From the NCBI GenBank assembly GCA_944320625.1, contig CALUIG010000002.1:3803-67802 (forward strand): a DNA stretch of 64,000 bases, in the 5' to 3' direction. This stretch comes from an uncultured Alistipes sp. (GTDB lineage Bacteria; Bacteroidota; Bacteroidia; Bacteroidales; Rikenellaceae). The position numbers and the translations under genes were made by a program. Every line of letters starts with the position of its first letter. The stretch's first letter is position 1. The notes below the pieces were generated by a model, which was not told the DNA's origin, made no database searches, and was given only the letters and a program-made list of their open reading frames with translations. Positions 1 through 10,057 of the stretch are shown here, in pieces.

Positions 1-803
1 TACTTCAGGAAGTCCTCGGCCAGTTCCATGTTGTCCTCCAGGTCATAGAAGGCGGCCTCGGGTTCGATCATCCAGAACTCCGAGGCATGGCGCGGAGTAT
101 TCGAATTCTCGGCGCGGAACGTCGGGCCGAAGGTATAGATGCGGCCCAGCGAAAGGGCACCCAGTTCACCTTCGAGCTGTCCCGAGACGGTCAGGTTGCA
201 CGACTTGCCGAAGAAGTCCTGCGTATAGTCGACCTTTCCCTCCTCGTTGCGCGGCGGGTTGTTCAGATCCAGGGTCGTGACCTGGAACATCGCGCCGGCG
301 CCTTCGCAGTCCGAAGCCGTGATGATCGGCGTATGGAAATAGTAGAATCCGTGGTTGTTGAAATACTCGTGGATGGCATAGGCCATGGCGTGACGGATGC
401 GCAGCACGGCACCGAACGTATTGGTCCGGGGACGGAGGTAGGCGATGTCACGCAGGAACTCCAGCGAATGCCCCTTCTTCTGGAGCGGGTAGGTCTCGGG
501 GTCGGCCGTGCCATAGATCTCGATCCGCTCGGCCTGGACCTCGACGCCCTGTCCGGCTCCCGGCGAAGCGACCAAGCGGCCGTCAACCCGGATGCAGGCC
601 CCCGTGGTAATGGGTTTGAGCTGTTCTTCCGGGATCTTGGCCAGATCGACCACCACCTGTATGTTGTTCACGCACGACCCGTCGTTCAGGGCGATAAACG
701 CCACGTTTTTGTTTCCGCGCTTGGTGCGCACCCAGCCTTTGACAACCAGGTCGGTATCCACGACTCCCGATTTCAGGATTTCTGCGATTCTCTGCGTTTT
801 CAT
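1..803 (-). CDS. asnS: Asparagine--tRNA ligase (5' part; runs off the left edge)
   Basis: Manual minus-strand translation from ATG at 803: [43 protein letters not shown]...; later [12 protein letters not shown] and [26 protein letters not shown]-like class IIb motifs. Not in the ORF track because it is open at the edge. Confidence 0.95.
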   Translation of the reverse strand, partial: MKTQRIAEILKSGVVDTDLVVKGWVRTKRGNKNVAFIALNDGSCVNNIQVVVDLAKIPEEQLKPITTGACIRVDGRLVASPGAGQGVEVQAERIEIYGTADPETYPLQKKGHSLEFLRDIAYLRPRTNTFGAVLRIRHAMAYAIHEYFNNHGFYYFHTPIITASDCEGAGAMFQVTTLDLNNPPRNEEGKVDYTQDFFGKSCNLTVSGQLEGELGALSLGRIYTFGPTFRAENSNTPRHASEFWMIEPEAAFYDLEDNMELAEDFLK

Positions 804-837
804 AAGGATATTCAGTTCACACATTTTTCCGAATTGA

Positions 838-883
838 CAAAGTTAGCCATAATTTGCGATTTGACAAAAAAAAAGTACCTTTG
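838..883. promoter_or_regulatory. Overlapping divergent Bacteroidota sigma-A promoters (asnS on -, GH2-like gene on +)
   Basis: Minus: TTTG (865-868)-N19-TAACTTTG (838-845). Plus: TTTG (853-856)-N19-TACCTTTG (876-883). Both match the TTTG-N19-21-TAnnTTTG consensus. Confidence 0.75.
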
Positions 884-908
884 TCCGAGTCATACAACCC
901 AGCACACG

Positions 909-2258
909 ATGAAACGAACGATATGGACGGCTGCGCTGACAGCCTGCATACTGACGTCCGCGGCCCAAATCCAGGGACTGGAGGAGTCCACGCCCGTACC
1001 GCTGGCCGAAGGCGGCCGCATCTACCGCACCGAAGTGGTTCCCTACGACGCCCGCCACGACGCCGATGCCCGCAACCGGGAGGCCGGCGGTTACTGGATG
1101 TCCTTCCGGCCGGAATTGATCGTCGAATCCGCCGGCGAGATCTCGGCATTCTACGGCGCCAAGGTCGAGATTCCCTTCGCCTGGACCGACGGACGGGTCT
1201 TCCTGCACCTCGAAAATCCGGGAGCGGGCTATTCGCTCTGGCTCAACGACCAACCCGTCGCGGAGGTGAACGACCCGCTGACCCCGGCGGAATTCGACCT
1301 CACGCCCTACGTCCGCCAGGGACTCAACAATTTCCGGGTGCTGATGCACGCCCGCCGCATGTCGATCGACGGTCCGAACCCCGAGCGTCCGATCTTCGAA
1401 AACAGCTACCTCTACTATCAGAACCGGCGTTCGATCGCCGATTTCGAAATTGCCCTCGTGCCCGACTCGCTGGACCGTGACTTCGGCATGCTCGACCTGA
1501 AGATCGTCGCCTGCAACGCCTACAACTACGACGAAGCCGTCACCGTGGGCTACGACATCTACTCACCGCAGGGCAAACTGCTCGAATTCAACATGACGGA
1601 GATCACCATCCCGGGCCGTTCGACCGATACGGTGCGCTTCAGCCCGTTCATCTACCACACCTACGAGAACAAATGGGAGTCCGGGAGCAAGAATCCGCCG
1701 CTCTACCGCGTCATGCTCTTCACGCGCCGCAACGGTGTCTACAAGGAGTACATGCCGCTGAAGATCGGATTCGGAAAGACGGAGCTCGTCGACGGACGCC
1801 TCATGCGCCTGGGCAAGGAACTGCAGCTCGTCAAGGCGGAATACGATGCCGCCGCAGACCGCAAAACCACCCTCTCGGAGCTCAAGGCCCTGAAGGCCAA
1901 GGGCAAGAATACGATTTGCCCGAGTCATCCGCAGCCGGTTTGGTTCTACGAGTTGTGCGACGAACTGGGTCTCTACGTCATCGACCGGGCGTCCATCTCG
2001 GCCCCGGAACGGCGCGACGACCGCCGTGTGGGCGGCACGCCCTCGAATGACCCGGCCCTGGTCGACGAATACCTCGAACGGGTGAAGGCGATGTACTACC
2101 GTTCGCGGAACTTCACCTGCGTGGTGGCCTACGAACTGGGCTCGCCTTCGGGCAACGGATACAACATGTATAAGGCCTACCAGTGGCTCAAATCGGTGGA
2201 GAAATCGCGCCCGGTGATCTACGCCGATGCCGCCGGAGAGTGGAACAGCGATCTCTGA
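909..2258 (+). CDS. Secreted glycoside hydrolase family 2 (beta-galactosidase)-like protein, C-terminally short and probably non-catalytic
   Basis: Real start MKRTIWTAALTAC (signal peptide) at 909, after the promoter. GH2-like segments WFYELCDELGLYVID and SGNGYN..KAYQWLKSVEKSRPVIY. Confidence 0.75.
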   Translation: MKRTIWTAALTACILTSAAQIQGLEESTPVPLAEGGRIYRTEVVPYDARHDADARNREAGGYWMSFRPELIVESAGEISAFYGAKVEIPFAWTDGRVFLHLENPGAGYSLWLNDQPVAEVNDPLTPAEFDLTPYVRQGLNNFRVLMHARRMSIDGPNPERPIFENSYLYYQNRRSIADFEIALVPDSLDRDFGMLDLKIVACNAYNYDEAVTVGYDIYSPQGKLLEFNMTEITIPGRSTDTVRFSPFIYHTYENKWESGSKNPPLYRVMLFTRRNGVYKEYMPLKIGFGKTELVDGRLMRLGKELQLVKAEYDAAADRKTTLSELKALKAKGKNTICPSHPQPVWFYELCDELGLYVIDRASISAPERRDDRRVGGTPSNDPALVDEYLERVKAMYYRSRNFTCVVAYELGSPSGNGYNMYKAYQWLKSVEKSRPVIYADAAGEWNSDL

Positions 2259-2307
2259 GGACCGGGACCCCGGGAAAGAGACGGAGCACACAGACAAAAC
2301 GGGTGGC

Positions 2308-2781
2308 ATGAACATCGAACTGATCGTCATCGGCAAGACCGATTCACAGGAGATCGCCGCACTGGTCGAGCTCTATGCCCGACGGGTGAACCGCTACTGC
2401 CGCTTCTCGGTGACGACCCTGCCCGACGTCCGCAACACGAAGAACCTGAGCATCAGGCAGCAGTGCACGGCCGAGGGCGAAGCGATCCTACGCCAGCTTG
2501 CCGAAGGCGACTACGTAACCCTGCTCGACGAGCGGGGCACGGAATACCGCTCGGTAGAATTCGCCGAGTGGTTGCAGAAACGGATGAACAGCGGCGTAAA
2601 ACGGCTCGTCCTGGTAATCGGCGGTCCCTACGGATTTTCCGAAGAGGTCTATGCCCGGGCCGACGCCAGATTGTCGCTCTCGCGCATGACCTTCTCGCAT
2701 CAGATCGTACGGGCAATCTTCGCCGAACAGATCTACCGCGCCTTCACCATTCTGAACAACGAACCCTACCACCACGAATGA
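2308..2781 (+). CDS. rlmH: 23S rRNA (pseudouridine1915-N3)-methyltransferase
   Basis: MNIELIVIGKT start; LLDERG, VIGGPYGFS, LSLSRMTFSHQ and EQIYRAFTI..NEPYHH SPOUT signatures. Confidence 0.95.
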   Translation: MNIELIVIGKTDSQEIAALVELYARRVNRYCRFSVTTLPDVRNTKNLSIRQQCTAEGEAILRQLAEGDYVTLLDERGTEYRSVEFAEWLQKRMNSGVKRLVLVIGGPYGFSEEVYARADARLSLSRMTFSHQIVRAIFAEQIYRAFTILNNEPYHHE

Positions 2782-2803
2782 TGCGCCATTCGGAATAAAA
2801 GCA

Positions 2804-2811
2804 TATCTTTG
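2804..2811 (+). promoter_or_regulatory. Sigma-A -7 element for the TonB receptor operon
   Basis: TATCTTTG 30 nt upstream of the likely ATG (2842). Confidence 0.55.
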
Positions 2812-2841
2812 CAGGCGAAACAAACCAAACACCGCCCGGAT

Positions 2842-5118
2842 ATGATGCCCATCCGCCCGATTCTCCTGTTGTTGCCGCTGCTGGCGGGCCTTGCAGGCCC
2901 TGTGCGGGGCGTTGCCGCCGGGGATCCGGAACCGGACCGGGCCGACACGACGATCACGGTCGACCGCGTGCAGGTGACGGCCATCAAGCAGGGTCCGGTC
3001 CTGCGGTCGACGGCCGTGGCGTCGACGATCCTCGGCAGCCGGGCCGTGGCACGCGGCGGCATCTCCGCCCTGAAGGAGATCTCGACGGCAGTTCCCAACT
3101 TCCACGCCCCGGACTACGGTTCACGCATGACCTCGTCGATCTATGTACGGGGACTCGGCGCACGCATCGACCAGCCGGTCATCGGACTGAACGTCGACAA
3201 CGTGCCGCTGCTGAACAAGAACGCATTCGACACCGAACTGGCCGACATCGAGCGTATCGAGGTGCTGCGGGGCCCGCAGTCGACCCTCTACGGCCGCAAT
3301 ACGATGGGCGGAGTGGTCAATGTCTACACCCTTTCGCCGCTTGCCTATGAAGGGGTGCGCGCACTGGCCGAATACGGCAGCGGCAACACCCTGCGCCTGC
3401 GGGCTTCGACCTACTACCGTCCGCTGCCCGACGTAGGGTTCTCCGTGACGGGCTTCTACACCCGTTCGGACGGTTTCTTCGAGAACGAATACACGCACAA
3501 AACCTGCGACCGGGAGTGGCAGGCCGGAGGCCGCTGGAAGGTCCAGTGGGACAACCGGCGGGGGCTGCGCCTCGACAACACGCTCTCCCTCTCGCGGCTC
3601 GAACAGGGCGGCTACCCCTATGCCTACGCCGGCGAGGCGATCATCGAGGAGGGCAAGACGATCCTCCGCCCCGGGCAGATTGCCTACAACGATCCCTGCA
3701 GCTATCTCCGCACGTCGGTCAGCGACGGACTCACCGTGCGTTACGACGCCGCACGGTACAGTGTTTCGTCGATCACCAGCTACCAGTACATCGACGATGC
3801 GATGACCCTCGACCAGGACTTCACGCCGCTCCCCTACTTCACATTGCGGCAGGCTGTCCGCGAACACGCCCTGACCGAGGATCTGGTCTTCCGTTCGCGG
3901 GGTACGGAGCGCTACGAATGGCTTTTCGGAGCCTTCGTCTTCTACCGCCACCAGCGGATGAATGCCCCGGTAACCTTCAAGCGCACGGGCATCGAGCGGC
4001 TGATCCTGGACAACGCCAACCGGATGCCCGACCTGCTCCGCTACGCCATCGACGCCGACGAACTGCTGCTTTCGTCGGAATTCCGACTGCCGGCATGGGG
4101 TGCGGCACTCTACCACGAGTCGCGGCTCCGACTGGGGCGATGGCTTCTGACCGCGGGTCTGCGGGCCGATTTCGAACGCACACGGCTCCGCTACCGCAGC
4201 CGTACCGATCTGGACTATACGCTCAGTGTCAACGGCAGCGAGCCGACCCCCCAACACCTTTCGATCGACGACTCGGGGCGGTTGGCTCACTCCTATCCGG
4301 AACTGCTTCCGAGACTCTCGGCGATGTACGCCTTCGATCCGACGCGCAATCTCTACGTCTCGGTCTCGCGGGGCTATAAGGCCGGAGGATTCAATACGCA
4401 GATGTTCTCGGACATTCTCCAGGAGAAGATGCAGGCGCTGATGATCTCGGGGATCGTCCGCGAAGACCCCGACCGGATGTCCTACCGTCCGGAATACAGT
4501 TGGAACTTCGAATTCGGAGGGCACTTCTCGTGTCTGGAGGGGGCCATCCGGGGCGATTTTGCCCTGTTCTGGATCGAGGTCCGCGACCAGCAGCTGACCG
4601 TTTTTCCCGAGGGGCAGACCACCGGCCGCATGATGGCCAACGCAGGACGCACACGCAGCCGCGGTGCCGAACTCTCGTTGCAGGTCTCGCCCTGGCGCGA
4701 TCTCGACCTCAACCTCAACTACGGCTACACCGATGCCCGGTTCGTGCGTTACCGCAGCGGGCTGGACGACTACGCCGGGAAACGCGTACCCTACGCTCCG
4801 GAGCACACCTTCTCGGCCACGGCAACATGGAGCCGCCCGACGGGTATCGACTGGCTGGGCGACGTGGTGGTGCAGGCCGGGGTGCAGGGCCTGGGGACGA
4901 TCGCATGGAACGAGGAGAACTCCCTCACGGAGCCCTTCTACGCCCTCGCGAATGCCTCGGTACGGCTGGAACACCGCCGCTGGTCGCTCGGCATTTGGGG
5001 CCGCAACCTCACGGACACAAACTACAACGTATTCTATTTCAAGTCGATCGGGAACGAGTTCGTCCAGCGCGGACGGCCCCGGACCTTCGGCATCACCTTA
5101 ACCCTAAACATCGATTGA
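2842..5118 (+). CDS. TonB-dependent receptor
   Basis: Signal peptide; plug motif IERIEVLRGPQSTLYGRNTMGGVVNV; GYKAGGFN; C-terminal beta strand PRTFGITLTLNID. Confidence 0.9.
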   Translation: MMPIRPILLLLPLLAGLAGPVRGVAAGDPEPDRADTTITVDRVQVTAIKQGPVLRSTAVASTILGSRAVARGGISALKEISTAVPNFHAPDYGSRMTSSIYVRGLGARIDQPVIGLNVDNVPLLNKNAFDTELADIERIEVLRGPQSTLYGRNTMGGVVNVYTLSPLAYEGVRALAEYGSGNTLRLRASTYYRPLPDVGFSVTGFYTRSDGFFENEYTHKTCDREWQAGGRWKVQWDNRRGLRLDNTLSLSRLEQGGYPYAYAGEAIIEEGKTILRPGQIAYNDPCSYLRTSVSDGLTVRYDAARYSVSSITSYQYIDDAMTLDQDFTPLPYFTLRQAVREHALTEDLVFRSRGTERYEWLFGAFVFYRHQRMNAPVTFKRTGIERLILDNANRMPDLLRYAIDADELLLSSEFRLPAWGAALYHESRLRLGRWLLTAGLRADFERTRLRYRSRTDLDYTLSVNGSEPTPQHLSIDDSGRLAHSYPELLPRLSAMYAFDPTRNLYVSVSRGYKAGGFNTQMFSDILQEKMQALMISGIVREDPDRMSYRPEYSWNFEFGGHFSCLEGAIRGDFALFWIEVRDQQLTVFPEGQTTGRMMANAGRTRSRGAELSLQVSPWRDLDLNLNYGYTDARFVRYRSGLDDYAGKRVPYAPEHTFSATATWSRPTGIDWLGDVVVQAGVQGLGTIAWNEENSLTEPFYALANASVRLEHRRWSLGIWGRNLTDTNYNVFYFKSIGNEFVQRGRPRTFGITLTLNID

Positions 5119-5120
5119 AC

Positions 5121-5660
5121 ATGTTGAAAAAACTGCTGATGATGAGCGTGGCGGTCCTTGCACTGGCCGCCTGTAACGACGAAGCCGACGACGGCATCCA
5201 GTATGCGTCGAGCAACCCCGAGATCGTCGACGGCGTCTACTCGGGCCAGACCATGCACTTCTACGGAACGGCCACGGTGACCAACACGAAGGACAACTCG
5301 ACCTACTCCGATCCGGAGGCGTGGTTCGAAATCCACGGGGACAAGGGGCTGGTCATCTACATGCACCAGACGCGTTTCGCCGCCCAGATGCCCGCCCTGG
5401 AGATGCGCATCTACCGCATCCCATATACGCCGGGCGAGGGGGCTTCGCTCTCCTTCTCGGCCGAGAGCAGCGTTCCGCAGGTCCAGCTTCCGAATGCGCA
5501 GGGCGGCGGATACAGCTATCAGGACATGCCTTCGTACACGCTGACCGATGTCGAGGGGTCGATCGACAACACCGACTGCCGCGTGGCCTTCACCTGCGAC
5601 GTTCCGCGCCTGGGAACCTATCGCATGGTGTACGAAGGACGGCTGCTGGTAAAAAAATAG
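5121..5660 (+). CDS. Lipoprotein, possibly calycin/lipocalin-like partner of the TonB receptor
   Basis: ATG 2 nt after the receptor stop; lipobox MLKKLLMMSVAVLALAAC; beta-rich sequence. The fold call is an inference. Confidence 0.7.
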   Translation: MLKKLLMMSVAVLALAACNDEADDGIQYASSNPEIVDGVYSGQTMHFYGTATVTNTKDNSTYSDPEAWFEIHGDKGLVIYMHQTRFAAQMPALEMRIYRIPYTPGEGASLSFSAESSVPQVQLPNAQGGGYSYQDMPSYTLTDVEGSIDNTDCRVAFTCDVPRLGTYRMVYEGRLLVKK

Positions 5661-5727
5661 CCCGAGAATGCCGACTTCCGCCCGCGAAGTGTTAACTTTG
5701 CAACCGAAACCCTAAACAAGTTAACGT

Positions 5728-6582
5728 ATGAAACCCGAATACAAACCCTTCGTGGACGAACTGATCGAACTCTGCATCAAGGAGGACATCGGCGACGGCG
5801 ACCACACGTCGCTCTGCTGCATTCCCGCGGACGAACACGGCCGCATGCGCCTGCTGTGCAAGCAGGAGGGTGTGATCGCCGGGATCGAAATCGCACAGCT
5901 GGTTCTGCACCGGCTGGATCCCGAGATGAAATTCGAGCAGGTGCTCCAGGACGGCGACCGCGTAAAGCCCGGCGACGTGGCCTTCTACGTCTCGGGACGC
6001 CTGCGCTCGCTGCTGCAGGCCGAACGCATCCTGCTCAACATCATGCAGCGCATGAGCGGCGTGGCCACGCAGACTGCAGTCTACGTCAGGCAGCTCGAAG
6101 GACTCCACACCAAGGTCCTCGACACGCGCAAGACCACGCCCGGCATGCGCGTACTGGACAAGATGGCCGTAAAACTCGGCGGCGGAGAGAATCACCGCAT
6201 GGGCCTCTTCGACATGATCCTCCTGAAAGACAACCACATCGACTTCGCCGGAGGTATCCGCCAGGCCATTACCGGCGCCCGCGAATACCTGAAGGCCAAG
6301 GGCAAGGATATTCCGATCGAGTGTGAGGTGCGCACGCTGGAGGACATCGACGAGGTATTCGCAGCGGGGGGTGTCGACCGCATCATGTTCGACAACTTCA
6401 CGCCCGAAATGACACGCCTCGCCGTGGAGAAGGTCGCCGGACGCTGCGAAACCGAGTCCAGCGGCGGCATCACGCTCGAAACGCTGCGTGAATATGCCGC
6501 CTGCGGCGTGGACTTCATCTCCGTCGGGGCGCTGACCCACCAGATCCGCTCACTCGACATGTCGCTCAAGGCCTGCGAATAA
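5728..6582 (+). CDS. nadC: Nicotinate-nucleotide pyrophosphorylase (carboxylating)
   Basis: EDIGDGDHT, DTRKTTPG, HRMGLFDMILLKDNHI, DFISVGALTH; promoter element TAACTTTG at 5693-5700. Confidence 0.96.
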   Translation: MKPEYKPFVDELIELCIKEDIGDGDHTSLCCIPADEHGRMRLLCKQEGVIAGIEIAQLVLHRLDPEMKFEQVLQDGDRVKPGDVAFYVSGRLRSLLQAERILLNIMQRMSGVATQTAVYVRQLEGLHTKVLDTRKTTPGMRVLDKMAVKLGGGENHRMGLFDMILLKDNHIDFAGGIRQAITGAREYLKAKGKDIPIECEVRTLEDIDEVFAAGGVDRIMFDNFTPEMTRLAVEKVAGRCETESSGGITLETLREYAACGVDFISVGALTHQIRSLDMSLKACE

Positions 6583-6648
6583 GAGCGGGGCGTCACCGTC
6601 AGCGACCGAACGAGAGAAAACAGCATTCGGCACCCAACGGGAATCACA

Positions 6649-8589
6649 ATGGAACGAACGATCCGGAATCAAAGTCTGCCGAGCCGCCTGCTCCGCACCC
6701 CGCTGGGGATGCTGGTGTGGCGGCTCGTTCTGCTCTATGCGGTGCTGATGCTCTGCCGTGTGGCGTTCTACCTCTACAACGCCACACAGTTGGGAGTGCT
6801 CTCCGCCGGTGAAATCGCCCCGCTCCTGACCGGGGCTCTGAAGTTCGACACCGCCTCGGTGGTCTACGCCGACGGGCTGTTCATCCTGCTGTCACTGCTT
6901 CCGTTCCACGTGCGCGAACGCCGCTGGTACCGGGGCGTGCTCTACGGCTACTACGTAGCGGTCAACTCCCTGCTGGTCGTGGCCACCAACCTCGCCGATA
7001 CGGTCTATTTCCGCTACACCCAGAAACGATTCACGGCCGACGAAATCTTCTTCGCCGACAACGACAACTCGTTGCAGCTCGTCGGGAAATTCATGGCCGA
7101 AAACTGGTATCTTGTCGTGCTGTGGGCTCTCCTCACGGCCCTGCTGGCCTGGGGCTACCGCCGCAAGGTGCACGAAGAGAGCCTGCTGCGCGGAGGTTGG
7201 CCCTACTACGTCGGCGGGACGCTGATTCTGGCCCTCGCCGCGGGGCTGAGCATCGCCGGAATGCGGGGCGGCATGACGCGCATGACGCGTCCGATCACCC
7301 TCTCGAACGCCACGCTCTACACCCCGGACAGCGGCAAGGCCAACCTCATTCTGAGCAATCCCTTCTGCATTCTCCGCACGGCAGGAAGTTCCGGGAGTGT
7401 AAAGTTCCGGCAATACTACTCCGAAGAGGAGCTTCCGCAGCTCTTCACCCCCGTCCACCAACCGGCAGACAGCACCGCGCTGAATCTCGGAAACCGCAAC
7501 ATCGTGCTCTTCATTCTGGAGAGCATGTCGGCCGAACACTCCGCACACCTCTGCCCGGAGCTCTATGCCGACCTCCCGCAGAAGGGCTTCACGCCATTCC
7601 TCGATTCGCTGATGCGCGAGGGGCTCACCTTCCGCCGGATGTACGCCAACGGCACACGCTCGATCCAGGCCATGCCTTCCGTCCTGGGAAGCATTCCGTC
7701 GTTCCGAACCCCCTTCGTGCTGATGCCGCAGTCGCTCGGCGAAAGCCGGCAACTCCCGGCCCTGCTCACCGACCGGGGCTACACGACAGCCTTTTTCTGC
7801 GGTTCGGAGCACGGTTCGATGGGCTTCGGAGCCTACGCCCGTTCGGCGGGCGTCGAGCGGCTCGTGAGCCGTGAGGATTATGAGGCACGCCACGGCACCG
7901 GGGATTTCGACGGTTACTGGGGCATCTGGGACGAACCCTTCCTGCAATTCATGGGTGAGGAACTCACGGCCATGCCCGAGCCCTTCTTCGCCACGCTCTT
8001 CACCCTCTCGTCGCACCATCCCTTCGTCGTACCCGAACGGTACGCCGCAACGCTCCCCAAGGGCTACACCAAGATCCATCAGGGCGTAGCCTACGACGAT
8101 CAGGCTTTCCGCCGCTTTTTCGAACGCTTCGCCGGAGAGGAGTGGTTCCAACGGACGATCTTCGTCTTCGTGGCCGACCACGTCTCGTCGGAGAAGTTTG
8201 CCGAGGCGACCCGCACCTATCCGGGGAACATGCACATCCTCGGCTTCATGTATACGCCCGACGGGGCCCTGCGGGGCGAGGTGACGGAGATCACACAGCA
8301 GCTCGACCTGATGCCGACGCTGCTGGGACTCACGGGTAACCGCGAGCCCTACTTCGCCTTCGGCCGCGACGTACTGAACGAACCCCTCCGTCCCAGTTGG
8401 TCCGTGAGCTACGACGGACAGTTCCGCGCCCTGACCGACGACGGCACGCTCACGCTCGACGATGCGGGAGCGACGGTCGGACCCACCCCGGCAACCCCGG
8501 CGGCCGACAGCCTCGACCGGAGTTTCCGGGCCCTCGTCCAGCAATACTACGGGCGCATTGCGCAAAAGAATTACACGGTTCATGATTGA
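6649..8589 (+). CDS. LTA synthase family (sulfatase-fold) membrane protein
   Basis: N-terminal TM helices, then NIVLFILESMS, TPFLDSL, TLSSHHPF and FVADH alkaline-phosphatase-superfamily metal motifs. Confidence 0.88.
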   Translation: MERTIRNQSLPSRLLRTPLGMLVWRLVLLYAVLMLCRVAFYLYNATQLGVLSAGEIAPLLTGALKFDTASVVYADGLFILLSLLPFHVRERRWYRGVLYGYYVAVNSLLVVATNLADTVYFRYTQKRFTADEIFFADNDNSLQLVGKFMAENWYLVVLWALLTALLAWGYRRKVHEESLLRGGWPYYVGGTLILALAAGLSIAGMRGGMTRMTRPITLSNATLYTPDSGKANLILSNPFCILRTAGSSGSVKFRQYYSEEELPQLFTPVHQPADSTALNLGNRNIVLFILESMSAEHSAHLCPELYADLPQKGFTPFLDSLMREGLTFRRMYANGTRSIQAMPSVLGSIPSFRTPFVLMPQSLGESRQLPALLTDRGYTTAFFCGSEHGSMGFGAYARSAGVERLVSREDYEARHGTGDFDGYWGIWDEPFLQFMGEELTAMPEPFFATLFTLSSHHPFVVPERYAATLPKGYTKIHQGVAYDDQAFRRFFERFAGEEWFQRTIFVFVADHVSSEKFAEATRTYPGNMHILGFMYTPDGALRGEVTEITQQLDLMPTLLGLTGNREPYFAFGRDVLNEPLRPSWSVSYDGQFRALTDDGTLTLDDAGATVGPTPATPAADSLDRSFRALVQQYYGRIAQKNYTVHD

Positions 8590-9967
8590 GTTTCACCCCG
8601 TCCGTCTCGAAGACCGCAGCGTCATCGAGCGCTACACGATGTCCTCGGGCATCTGCAACTGCGACCTGGCCTTCGCCAACATGTACTGCTGGCAGGCCGT
8701 CTATCACAGTGCGTGGGCCGAGGTCGGCGGGTTCCTGGTGATCCGTTTCCAGATCGACGGCGGAGAGCGCATCGGCTACATGCAGCCGGTCGGTGAGGGA
8801 GACTTCGGGCCGATCATCCCGCAGTTGCGCGAGGATGCACACGCCCACGGGCAACGGCTCCGCATCATCGGATTGACGGACGAGGGACGCGACATGATCC
8901 GGCGGATGCACCCCGGGGAGTTCGCCTTCGAGTCGGACCGGGCCCTGGAGGATTACCTCTACCACGCCGATGACCTGCGCACCCTGCCGGGGCGCCGCTA
9001 CCAGCCCAAGCGCAACCACATCAACCGCTTCACGGCCGAATACCCCGACTACCGCTACGAGGAGCTGACTCCGGAGCGGTTCCAGGAGTGCATGGCCCTG
9101 GAGCGCGAATGGCGAAAGGTCCACGAGGGGCACACTTCGGAGTTGTGCGCCGAACAACGGGCCATGCAGCGGGCCTTCGAGCACTTCGAGGAACTGGGGC
9201 TTATGGGCGGCTGCATCTACGTGGGTGACCGACTGGTGGCCTTCACCTACGGCTCGGCGGTCAACGACCACACGTTCGACACCCACGTCGAGAAGGCCGA
9301 TACGGAGTACGACGGGGCCTTCACGATCATCAACAAGCGCTTTGCCGAACACCTTCCCGCACACTTCACGCTCATCAACCGCGAGGAGGACCTCGGGATC
9401 GAAGGGCTCCGGCGGGCCAAACTCTCCTACCACCCCGCCTTCCTCCAGCACAAGTTTACGGCCATCCGGCTGCACCCCGACGAACTCGCCTGCAAACAGC
9501 TCTGGCAGGAGGCCTTCGGCGACGACGAGGCGTTCATCGACTCGTTCCTGATCCGCTACTACTCGCGGCGGCGGGCACTGACCGTCGAGGAGGAGGGCCG
9601 GACCGTGGCGATGCTCCACCTTTTGCCGTTCGAGACCGAACTGGGCCGTACGACCTACATCTACGGCGTTGCCACGGCCGAATCGGCCCGCCGCCGCGGC
9701 CTGGCCTCGCAACTCCTGCGACAGGCCCTGACGCTGATCGACGAACGCGGCGACGATGCGGCCTTCTTGATTCCGACACCGGGTGAAACCTGGCTTCGGG
9801 AGTTCTACGGCGGGTTCGGATTCGGGGACGATCTTCCCACGACCTTCGTCTCCCCGGACGGGTTCGACTTCGGGACGGGCGATGCGTCCACCGACCGGGC
9901 GATGGTCTGGCGACGCGACACCTCCACCCCACTGCCCGAGACGCTGACGGCCACCCTCCGCCGATAG
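8582..9967 (+). CDS. DUF2156 (aminoacyl-PG synthase C-terminal-like) domain fused to a GNAT acetyltransferase
   Basis: Start MIEFHPV overlaps the upstream stop by 8 nt; KRNHINRF, HVEKAD, INREEDLGIEGLRRAKLSYHP; C-terminal YIYGVAT..ARRRGLAS acetyl-CoA motif. Confidence 0.85.
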   Translation: MIEFHPVRLEDRSVIERYTMSSGICNCDLAFANMYCWQAVYHSAWAEVGGFLVIRFQIDGGERIGYMQPVGEGDFGPIIPQLREDAHAHGQRLRIIGLTDEGRDMIRRMHPGEFAFESDRALEDYLYHADDLRTLPGRRYQPKRNHINRFTAEYPDYRYEELTPERFQECMALEREWRKVHEGHTSELCAEQRAMQRAFEHFEELGLMGGCIYVGDRLVAFTYGSAVNDHTFDTHVEKADTEYDGAFTIINKRFAEHLPAHFTLINREEDLGIEGLRRAKLSYHPAFLQHKFTAIRLHPDELACKQLWQEAFGDDEAFIDSFLIRYYSRRRALTVEEEGRTVAMLHLLPFETELGRTTYIYGVATAESARRRGLASQLLRQALTLIDERGDDAAFLIPTPGETWLREFYGGFGFGDDLPTTFVSPDGFDFGTGDASTDRAMVWRRDTSTPLPETLTATLRR

Positions 9968-10057
9968 CATCCGAAAAGGGTGCACACGGCGACCCGGTTT
10001 CCCGCTCCCGACACGGCGGCAGCCTCCTTCCGCCGGAAAACAGCCTCACCTCCTCAC

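Noticed and set aside
87-908. N-terminal 274 aa of the 723-aa ORF 87..2258
   Set aside because: It is the antisense shadow of asnS plus the promoter region; the signal peptide and promoter place the real start at 909.
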